A DNA stretch of 64,000 bases, taken from positions 12,152,001-12,216,000 of the forward strand of contig CP075492.1 in NCBI GenBank assembly GCA_021613535.1, read 5' to 3'. Positions 39,001 to 50,400 of this stretch are shown here, one piece after another. Both the position numbers and the translations under genes were made by a program. The stretch comes from Adineta vaga (lineage: Eukaryota > Animalia > Rotifera). The number at the start of each line of letters is the position of its first letter. Position 1 is the first letter of the stretch. A model generated the notes under the pieces. It worked only from the letters and a program-made list of their open reading frames with translations. It made no database searches and was not told the DNA's origin.

Positions 39001-39841
39001 GCTTATGTGGTATAGAAGTTAATCATTATTTTATTCGATCATGCTTATTTGAAAATAAGAAACGTTCCTAGTTCTATGAGTTTTTAATATAATGAATAAT
39101 TTTGTTCTGAATGATTTAGTATTACAAAATCTTCTATGCTGGAATAAGAATTGGAAAATGTCATTCATTAGTGTTCAGATTAGCAAATAACGTCAATCAT
39201 AGACGATTCATTTGCTGTTTGCCCTATCGACATTTACAAAAATGTCAGATCGATGTTTCATTTTGATATGTGAATATTCAACTTAAATTGTAGACAAAAG
39301 TAAAGATTATTTGATAGCTTCTATCAGAATACATCTATAGAAGGTTAATACACATGTATAGACAGATAATTGTAGATAAATTTTGTTTTTCGGCTCCAAT
39401 TTCTAATTAAATGTAGTTACGTATCATTTCTAATGAGAACTCAATGCGTCTGGCGTCATGTCAGTAGCTGTATAGTATTGATTGAATATAAATTGATAGT
39501 AATTATTTTCAGATTCAAAGTAGTAACGTATTATTCCTTTGATTCTTCTTCTCAGACGTAGAATAACAAAATCTGATTATAGAAATATACTGATATACAT
39601 GATACAATAAAGTATTTATTTACAACAAACACGTTACAATTTGTTTGCAGTCCACGCGAGGATGATGAAGTACACATTTAATATAATACCCTGGTTAAGT
39701 TAGATTATATTTTATACTACTATTCGATGGTTAGATATATCAAAAAGGTTATATGATCAAGGACATTCAAACATAAACACGTGTCTATATATAGTCGTTC
39801 TATTTCATTTTTCTACATTATATATCAAACTATCTTTTATA

Positions 39842-40892
39842 ATGTCTTACGTAAACTCTTCTACATCTACCGCTACATCATCTTCAGGTTCAGCCAAGAT
39901 TCATTCAGCACATGCTGATAATGTTCATGTTCAATCGGTTGTTCAAAGTGAAACTCAATCAAAGGTTAGCATTGATAATGCGAGAAAAATGAATGATCTT
40001 ATGGCTCGACTTGGTAAACTGAATATTTATAGTTTGAAAAAAAAAAGATTTTTGTTTTTCTTGATTATCTTAGGATCAACACATAGCCAAATTGATGAAT
40101 ATTCACGTAAACGCACTGAAGAAATTAATGAAGGTGTCACTGAAGCTCTACAAAAAATTGTAATGGAAACACAACAACATCAACAATTACTTCTTGCTGA
40201 TGCTAATTCTCGTACAGCTGGTAAGATGACCGATTGATTTGATTGAAAAGAAAAGATTATTTATAATATATTTTTCTTCTTCAGAAATTGAAAACGGTTT
40301 TAAACTTAAACTTCAGGAACAGATTGCTAAACTTGATACAGAAAAGGCTGGTTTCCTTGCTGAACTTGAAAAAGAACTCGGTGTTCGTCAAGAATCGATT
40401 CTTGAAACTGCACGTAAACGTATTGATGATCTTAATGAAGAAGCTAACCGTTTGAAGATGGTATTAGTCATAAATATCTTGATTAGTATCATTATCTTTT
40501 TCTTCATTTTCAGGGTGTTCTCAGAGAAGCTCAATTACAAAGTCATGCTAAAATCAGTAACTATATTTCTTCAATCACATGATTAATTTACTTTACTCTT
40601 CTTATATTATATAGATCAAATAACTGAACAAGTAGTTGCACTTGGTCATGAAGATGCTACACGTCGTCTTGCTTCAACTACAACTACAGTTTGTTTTTTT
40701 TGCCTATCTATTTGAAACTTCTATTTACTTCAATATAATTTTTTGTAGGTTATTACAACTAGAGCTGAAGCTACTGGTGAAAATCATATTGAAGGCAAAC
40801 CAATTACAGTTGGCACAACAGCTAAACATGTTGAATCATCAAAATCAACCACGAGTTCTTCATCTTATGCTGATGCTCAACGTCATTTTTAA
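39842..40892 (+). CDS. Hydrophilic 251-aa protein with a long central amphipathic helix/coiled coil and Ser/Thr-rich ends (LEA/CAHS-like architecture)
   Basis: Six exons (39842-40013, 40074-40220, 40285-40460, 40514-40556, 40615-40688, 40749-40892) join in frame at GT-AG sites. No Cys or Trp and a single Pro. Confidence 0.85.
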
Positions 40893-41379
40893 ATCAATTG
40901 ATATTGATTACAAAGAAATTATGTTTTATTATGACATTGTGTTCTTATGAATTTCGATTCGTAGATATTAACGAAAATAAAACTATAGATTTTTTATTTT
41001 AAATACATTACTATTCAAGTAGACAAAAATGAATAAAAAACGGTGAAATATGCGTGACGCACTCTTGTTTTTTCTTATTCTCGACCTTAATACCAATTTC
41101 TCGATAAACATATATATATATACATATGTGTAATTCTATACGCATTATAGTTCGAGGGCTAGTAATGATTATGTTGTGAGTATATTAGTCTGAATGTGCA
41201 GAGATTTCGATGTCAAACTTAGTAGAATGTTCTGAATGGAGCTACAAAGAACCGCCTGGAGCTTTGAAATATCAGACAAAGTTTTTAGAATCTGTCAAAG
41301 ATTCGCTATGATGCAAGTGAAATTATTTAGGTGAAAACAAAGAATATGCTGTTATTTATATCATTTATATCCTTTGATT

Positions 41380-42180
41380 ATGGTTTATATATATCATATG
41401 GCACAATGAAGTATACATTTTCTTGCTATCTATTGCACTTAACATACGACAACGCTTTAATATTGCAGCAAATCATCGTATTTGTTTTTGCTAGTGCGTC
41501 AACGATGGTCGTAGGCGTTTTTCTGAAGGTCTTCTCCGTCTTGGTATGCATATAAATCTCTAATCTTAAACCATTCATAACTCAAGAACTGTCATATTTT
41601 GACAATTTCATATATCAAAACCAATCAATAACAAAATGATACATACGTTCCTGTGAATAATCAACCAATAACATACTATTCTCTTTAGAAAACAACATGC
41701 TCCTTTTCTGAACTGGTACATTTCGTAAAAGTGGATCTCGGGGAAACTTTCTAAAACTGTCGTATGCACTCTTCAAGTGTCTGTCATAAAAGATAAATAT
41801 TCCGCTAATTTCTGAGCATGTTAGAATGTAATAAACTTTAATATTATGCAAAAATCATGACTACATACATACCTATCAGCTGATGAACATGGGTGCAATT
41901 TCAAAGAATAACACTTAATAATGAAATTATTCTTTAGACAGAAAAAAAGTTATTCCTTGCATAGATGATAAAAACGTCCTAGAGTTTATATCGATAATGT
42001 TGTGTAAAACAAAGTTTATAGTCACAAGATCATTGATTATTTCATCAAAGAAGACTTCTGTAACAATAGTGCTCATACAAATCTGATGAATGCTCGGAAT
42101 TTATAAGACTTTGTTATAAAAGACGTTGTTTAGCATGTTCTTTGAACCGATCATATTCAGTTTCATGGCATAAATACATG
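41380..42180 (-). pseudogene. Possible decayed intron-containing gene of unknown family
   Basis: Coding-like frames interrupted by scattered stops (e.g. FLSYEWFKIRDLYAYQDGEDLQKNAYDHR*) and separated by GTATGT...GACAG intron-like segments. Confidence 0.3.
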
Positions 42181-42930
42181 CTGCAAGAATATAATTATTA
42201 CAGCAGTTCAAAATGTTTGATGATATAAATCCAATGCACAACAATTACAGAAACAGGTAATAGGAAAGGGAAAAAATTTGATATTTACCAAGAAATCATC
42301 CGGTTGAAACCGGAAAAAATCGTCTCGAGATATTGGCAAACTGATTGTAGTTAAACAGAATTCAAATAATCAAAATCTCAAACTACACTATACTGTTCAT
42401 ATTCTGAATTGTTATCACATCAAATCAGCACAATATTAAACTTGCATATTCTTTTCTCTAATAAGCGCTAGTGGTGCAGTCATCTTTCTATCAATTGATT
42501 TGATTAGTTAGATTCATTCTTGATCTAGATAAAGAGAAAAAGATTAGATAGCCGATCTACACGCACGTATTTCATCTACAGATCCTATCAACTACTTCAA
42601 TATTCTTTTATTCTATTGTCAGTAAAGTTCAAACATACCTATTGATCAAAGCAATCCATCGAATAGTATAATTAAGCAAGAAAAAAAGGAAATTTGAATA
42701 TGAAATATTTATCATTCTGTTTTTTTTATTGATTATCATAATTTTGACAAAAAAAAGCAATAAATTTGCAAAAAATATTGCATATGAAGACATGAATTCA
42801 ACGAAACAAAACAAACATTCAGAGACATTCTACAGCCATGATAAATTGCACACATAATAAAGAATTGTTTAAAGGATAATTAATGAGAATGCTGTTTAAT
42901 TATTTGAATGCATAGCACCAGATCTTTGAA

Positions 42931-43134
42931 TTATAATGGAACACATTTACTTTTATCTTTATATGGATTGATAATACCGATTTTTTCCCATCCAATTACC
43001 AAGACATCGCCATTTTCATGATCTTGACAAAATTTAATAAGATCTTTACATGCAGTTGAAAGTTTAATACGATCAATATTGGCTTCGGTACGTAATTGTT
43101 GGATTAGTTTTTGTTTATTTTCAACTACGGACAT
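42931..43134 (-). CDS. Heterotrimeric G protein gamma subunit
   Basis: 67 aa; IQQLRTEANIDRIKLSTACKDLIKFC...NPYKDKSKCVPL; GGL domain and C-terminal CaaL prenylation motif. Confidence 0.93.
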   Translation of the reverse strand: MSVVENKQKLIQQLRTEANIDRIKLSTACKDLIKFCQDHENGDVLVIGWEKIGIINPYKDKSKCVPL

Positions 43135-43718
43135 TGTCGATTGAATTCTTGAGATAATGAAATCAAATTTTGCGAAATATCTAAAAATGAAAAACAGCAA
43201 CGGAGGGAAAAGATTCAATGCTTTTCTTTGTGTCTTTTATGAATGAGACAGATTCGATTATGTTCTTTTTTTCTCTCGTCTATCAAGAATAGCAGGGAAA
43301 AAACGAGCAATAAGGCGAGCATTTTCTCTCGCTTTTGCTTAGAACAGGAACTGGAAAAAGCTCATTTTTTTTCTCTATGTTTGTCATTTGTAATCATTTC
43401 TTTTGCTGTTCTATCTTCATAGAGAAGTAATCAATGATGACTAATGATTATCTTCGTGTCAAAAATTCGCATAAACTATTGATTAACAAATTTTGTCGAC
43501 AAATTTAAATAGAATAAAAAAAATCTTATAACAACGAACTATTGAAGAAAACGAAAGAAGATTTCAAAACAAAAACAAAAACAAAATCATCAGCATCGTT
43601 CTTTCTGTTCGAAAATAACTATCACTGAAGATTTTTAATTTAGTGATTTTAACGGAATATACGGAAAACAAAAGTATATATATATATTAAATCAATCAAA
43701 GAGATTCGACAAAACTGT

Positions 43719-45905
43719 TCAAGTATTTGATAAATGTCGTGGTGCATCTGCAAACATCACTTTTAATTGATATGCTTCCGCTGTTAGAATACTTATATCA
43801 TTGCTTGTCCATGAATGTGTCGGTAAATTTTGCAGAAAGAGTAATAAACCCTGGAAAAGGTAAAGAATTGTGAAAAAAAATTACCAATTCAATGACATGT
43901 TTTGTACGTACTTGAAAGTCTTTTTCACGTAAAAGATCTTTAGAAAAACGAATTAAAAATGCAGCACATATATACAAATGAAAATGAGAGAAACCATCTT
44001 GTTCAGCCTAGAAGAAAAACAAACAGGTAATGATTTGTTTCTTTTCATAATTCAAAGAATATATAAATTACAAGATAAGTATCCCAAAGACGAATCGTAC
44101 ATCGAATAGGTAATTCTCTCATGAGTAAATTATTCATCCAACGAAAACTGAATTGTAAAAATTCGATATGTTGATTTTTTAAATGACGATAGAGTGGTTC
44201 TAAAATCAAGTTTGTTATTTTTTTTATAAAGAAAAATCAGAAAAATGATCATTTGAAACAAACCATCAATACGTTTGATTAATTCTTCTAATGTTCGAAT
44301 TTTATATTGAATACCAGGTTGAGCAAATGTATAATTGTCTTGAATACCTTCAAGTAAATAAGATGTTGCCCAATAGCTATCAGCTTCAATAACACGTCGA
44401 TCTGATTCGGATAAAGAATTTATATCAAAATTTTCAATATCTGTATCTAGAATATTTCATAAATGATCGTGTTAATTGAAGAAGAATGAATATACTATTT
44501 ACCATTCTCGATGAACTCCGAAAGAAAAACCACAAAGAATGGTGTAACAAGATCATTGATACCTTGTACATAACCACTAGCTGGATGACGAATTGCCCAA
44601 ATGAATAGAATACGTTCGAATAATTGTTGAACAACAATCTGTTGAAATATTGGCATTAGTGGAGTCATACGTGGAATGTCTATATGAATCTAAATTGAAT
44701 AGAAAAGAATTTTCCCAAGATCAATATACTCATTACAAATTAAACAAAGAAAGACACGACTGAATTGTTAAACAGAATGAATTCAATTACAACTGTCTTG
44801 TAAATGTATGCACTATGACTTATTGATCTGATATCAAGACATGTATTGTTTTCTAACCTGTCTGAATGTATCTTGATGTTCACTATCTGTTCTAGTATGG
44901 TAATATTGACTAACATATGACCAATATTCATCACGTTTTCGTGTTAATGTATCTTCTCGACGTTCGATTTTCGGTGGTAAATATCCCTAAACAAAAATAA
45001 AACATCATTATGAACATAATCGAATCTATAAAACATACACAAAGTAATTTCCATGCTTGTGGACGATATGGTTTAGGGATCCCATTCCAACTAGCTTTAC
45101 GTAACTCATCTAAAGTTAAAATAGATGAATGTTTTGTATCGTTGAAAGAAAAAGACTATTACTTAAATCTACAGTTGATTGATCGAATAATTGTTTAAAT
45201 TTATTTTCTTTTTGTTGATTTACATCCATGATTGTATTTACATTTAATTTCGTATTTTTCGTTGTTGAAGACGAACTAGCATTATTATTGCTTGTATATT
45301 GAGTTTGTAGGGATGTTTTCGTATTAAATTGATCATTCGTTCGTCGACTACCAAGACCTGAAGAAGAGGTTGAGCTTGAATTTGTTGAAAGATTTGGACG
45401 ACGAACTAAATAAACAAACAGACAATACATATTTTCATCGACAAAATTCTTCTTACCATTTGTACTTTTTTGTTGTTGAGCAAATTTTGATGCTGCTACT
45501 TCTTCTACTTTCTAAATACAAAAAAAAACAAAAAACAAAGTTCATGCATACCGTTATCACAATATTTAACCTGTTTAGAAATAGCTAAATCATCATCATC
45601 ATCATCGTTCTTATCAAGTATTCTTAATGTCATTGCTCTATCATCAATTTCCCAAGCATCATCAGTGTTAATCGAATATGCATTGAATTTTTCTTGATCT
45701 TTCTTTTTAGACATATTTGGTTTGAATTGAATAGATTTATCAGCTAATTTGGATGAAAGTGGTGGATATTGAGCGCCGAAAATTGATCTTTAAACGAATA
45801 AATAGAAAAGAAATTAATTGAAGTTTAAAAAAAAACAAGAACAACTAACCGACCAGATACGGAATGTTCTGTTTTCAAAACAGGTTCTGGTCTATTGCCA
45901 AACAT
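43719..45905 (-). CDS. TBC1D22: Rab-GAP TBC1 domain family member 22
   Basis: SWNGIPKPYRPQAWKLLCGYLP, IHIDIPR (Arg finger), WAIRHPASGYVQGINDL (Gln finger), QDNYTFAQPGIQ, AEAYQLKVMFADAPRHL. Confidence 0.92.
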
Positions 45906-46122
45906 TGGCAAAATTAATAATTAACACATTGTTTTCTAAAAATTACAAAAATAAATAAAAGAACAAGAAAAATGATATTATTTTAATAGAAGAGAAACGA
46001 AGGCGGCGAAGAAGAAGAAGAAGAAAAAGAAAAGAATGAATGAATACATACTTGGTATTCATTGGATATTTTATTGAAGAAGTTTAATTGGATTTTTTAT
46101 TCACCAATAAAATACATTAAAC

Positions 46123-46137
46123 GTTTACCATAGTAAC
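46123..46137. promoter_or_regulatory. X-box (RFX site)-like element upstream of AKAP14
   Basis: GTTTACCATAGTAAC, about 60 nt before the AKAP14 ATG; one mismatch to GTTNCCATRGNAAC. Confidence 0.55.
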
Positions 46138-46197
46138 AGATATAGAAAAATAAAGTCAAGAGCATTTCAAGTATTCAGATTTGTTACAATTTAAACA

Positions 46198-47044
46198 ATG
46201 ACTGTTAACAATAACAATATTCATGAAGTGTGTTATTGATACTATTTTGTACGATGTTAAAATTGATTTTTATGTCTTTTAGTCATTTGTTCAATCTGAA
46301 GATTATGATTTACTAGCATATGAAGCACATCGTATTGTCGATGAAGTTGTCGCACAATCTTTAGTTCATATGCATGATAAAACTATTGATCAAACCGAAG
46401 AGAAAAATGAACGCGGACGTTTTATTGAATCAGAAAATGATCATGAACAAGAAAAAACTGAAGGCTATTCAGTAGTACAATGGCCGACTATCGAAGAATT
46501 TAAAAATACAAATATTGGTCTAGAGAAAATAAATGAATATATTGAAAAGGTGAGACTTCCTTACAAGCGATTTTATCCTGAATAAATACATGATTTTCTT
46601 TGTTTCTAGCAATGGAAAACAACACCAGGCGGTCAAGATCCATGCTGGTTATATGTAACTGATTTTATTGAAAAAAAATCCCTTGAATTCAATGATCTTT
46701 ATATCTATCGCGTAGACATTTTCTTTTCAAAATCAATTCTTTATCATAAATTTCTCCCGTAGGTTCGATATTCTATACCAACACGACGTCAACCCATTCC
46801 AAAACATACTGCATCAGTCTATTTCACTTTTGATGTTTCCAAAGTTAAATCAAAAGTAAATATTGATAATTCTAAACAAAAGAAAATTGCAAAATTTTTC
46901 TTCTAGAATACAATCATTCCAGTTTCATTTGTATTTGAAAATATGCGACTTATTCATTATCCAGATAAATTTCGTTTTCGTCAAATATGGTTAGAAAATA
47001 TTCTTTTAATGAAAGAAAAACTAGCGAATACAATAGATTTTTAA
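46198..47044 (+). CDS. AKAP14: A-kinase anchor protein 14 (AKAP28 family, axonemal)
   Basis: Amphipathic AHRIVDEVVAQS helix, QWPTIEEF, CWLYVTDF, YRVRYSIPTRRQPIPKHTASVYF, FRQIWLENIL; five exons. Confidence 0.82.
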
Positions 47045-47400
47045 TTCAGTTCTCTCTTTTATTATCTTTCTTTCATATATATATAGATGAACAAACATAA
47101 AATAGAATGAAAAAAGAAAACATTTTGAACGATATATGATTTAATATATATATATATATGTATTTATAATAAATGTACATATCATATGGGATTGATGAAG
47201 TTTTTCTCTGATGATTATGATTGGTTACAAAACAGGATGAGTAACGATAAGTGTGATATCAACTCTAAAGATAATGATGTGCGTAGGGACTGTAAAATAA
47301 CCAAATGAGAAAAGAAAAATAAATTCAACTGTTCACACTAAATATCGCACATTTTATTGTAAGACTAAGTGAAATGTTTGATATTGAAGAAAATGGGAGT

Positions 47401-50400
47401 TTAAGCTACAAGTGATGTTGATAGAGACATCCGATTTTGATCCGTTGATGGTCGTTTAAAAAATTGCAAGGGTTCACTTTGATCTGGTTCTGATTGATAT
47501 TTACCTGAGATAGAAATAGAAGTAAAATACATTTCGATATGACAAAAGAAAAAGTCTTCTCTTCCTACCACTAGCAATTTTCTTCTTTAATAGTGAGACA
47601 CGATAACCACGACATGCAAATTCGAAATTTAATGATGAAAAAAGTGCGTTTTCAGCAAGGAATTGTACATGAACGATAGATGATGTTGTTAATGGTTTTG
47701 ATTGTTGTTCATTATCACTACCATCTGATCCTGATTGATTCGTCATTAAAGTAGCTGATAGACTACCTGATCCATCGAATATATATGGAACTTTCCATGA
47801 TAATTTATGTTCATTCAAAGACCTATTAATTATATTAATACGAAAGAACAACAAAGAAAATAAACATCTGCTTACCATTCACAAGACGGTGTTGAATGAG
47901 TTATTTGTTGCCCATCTGAGATATTTGTATAGAAAGTAACCGTATCATTTACTAATCGAATGGAGTCTGGTAAAGCTGAACTATTAAAACGATAATTAAT
48001 ATTCACTGATATTGTATCAATTGTTCGTGTCCATTGAGATGAAACTTCAAAAGGTATGTTTGATATACCTGAATGTTTAACCTTTGAAGAAATTAAATTT
48101 CTTTCTTTAATTTCGAAAAATAAATATTACTCATACTTCATATTTGAGTATACCAAAGTTGAAGAATGGTAACGAACGATTCTTTTCTTGAAGATTACGA
48201 AGAATATTACTTAATGCAGACATATTAAATGTATAAATAGATCCTTCCAAATCTGTTGCTGATGGTTTCCTATGGAATGAAAAAAAGCGAGAATAAAGTC
48301 AATCTCGTCTTTAGTTTATCTTTCAATTTACTGTGAAACTAATTGAGGATTAGCAATAACATTTTCGACTTTACTTAAATTTTGTAAACGAAATTCTAAT
48401 GTATTTAAATGAGGTGATTGTTCAACTAGTATATTTAAAATCGCTGCCGGAAATGAGATAAGCATATCACCGAGAATTCGAATTTTCCATCTAGATACAA
48501 ATAGAATAATAGAGTAAAATTGTCAAGATTAAAATTTGTTCGATTTACTTTGTTTGATCATCACCTGACATCATAACATGAATTGTTTCTTGAAAGGCAA
48601 CAGCAATTGGAATCTGATCCGTAGCACCAATCGTTATTGGAGACATTCGATGATCCAAGGATGTCATTAAACTATTCGAGCAAGTTGAAGTATTTGGAGC
48701 AATAAATGGCGTCATACGACCATTTGCAATCGATGGACCAATTGTACTCGTTGTTGGTTGTTGTGGCTAAAATCAAATCAAATAGAGAATGATTTAATAC
48801 GAAGACGAATGTCTTTATACTAAATTGCAAAATTAGCGAGAATGAAAATTCTTGTGGGCAAACTGTATATTAGAGATAAACTTAGTGAACTTTGCCTATT
48901 TGCATATATATGAATTCAATCATATAACTAAACTGCATTGTTCTAGGTATCATGCATATATAGCAAATGAAATAAAAACACCTCATCACTAGATGTTCTT
49001 ATGCGAGACCATAGATTAATATTTGTTGGAGGAATAAGTCGAGGAGGAAGTTTTATTGTTAGATTATCTATTGAAAAACTATCGAACGAATCTATCATAG
49101 TAGAAAAGTAAGTTTAGATGATGAAATAAAAGAAATTTACGAATGGATTGTGCATCATTGAATGACAATTTCGATAAACTTTCTCGCGCTGTATGAAACG
49201 AATCAATCGATGTTTGTTCCATGGATGTATTGTGAGTTGAAAAACCGAAACTTGCTTTTTTTATCGATGGTATTTGATATCGTATAGATGGTGGATGAAT
49301 TTTACGAAAAGTAATTGATTTAGGTTGTGTTGATAGTTTCCAAATTGAACGAATACGTTCAATCAATGACGAACGAATTTGTATGATCTTTCGTGATGAA
49401 GATTTTCGGAGAAGAATCGCATGAGATATGGGATTATTTATTAAATCTGATTTCGATTTCTTTATATGCAATTTATATTTATATGACTGAGGAAGTGAAA
49501 GATTTTTTTCGGAAAAAAACTGATCATGCTAAAATATATTCGAAGGATATGAAAGAAAAAAGTATAAACGAAACGATTCTTACAAATGATTGACGAACTC
49601 GTGGTGGTCGTGAAACAGCAAATGGTGCTGTTTTACTTGTTGAAGCATCACCAGGAAATGTATTTGCTACTTCAGTATCATCATCCGTTGATGATATAGA
49701 TGTTAATTTTTTACCTAAAAAAATTTCGGATATAAGAATATTATTTCAAAATGTAACGGGTAGTTATCCTTCAGAACTGTCATATTCAACTTTTTTCTTT
49801 CTATTTGCATTGACTATGCTAATAAACCATGACATCTCTTCATTGACATTTTCCGCTCTGTTTGCTTTTATGAATTGAAAAGAGAATGAACTCCAGGCGA
49901 TATATGTCTATATTTAGAAAACACAAATCGATCCATTAAGGCAGTGATATTTGAAGAAGAAGAAGAAAACAAAAAAAAAAGATGGATGAAACTTAGTTCT
50001 AATCATACTTTCAGTTGCGTTCGTCATTGATCGAGGATGAACAAAAGCGGGTGGGATGTTTTCTTGATGATTTGAAGATACACTCATCGATTTTGAACGC
50101 GTTTCAATACCATCAAATGTATTGACTAATGACGTAGGCTGTGGAGATGATGGAATAGGTCCAAGATTATCTGTTGTTACACTTGTTGAAAGTGTTCTAT
50201 ATATATACATATATGTTCAGGCATTGCAAATCAAAAAAGATTACGAAAACTTCTACTTACGATGGTGGACGTGAAGGAAGTGGGGGTGGAATTCTTGCAC
50301 CGATTTGTCCAATGGATATGGATTTACTCAAATCTGGTAATTTCTATGAATAGGAAAAAAAGACAATTCATTTAGGCTACCTGGAAAATTTTTTGTTAAA

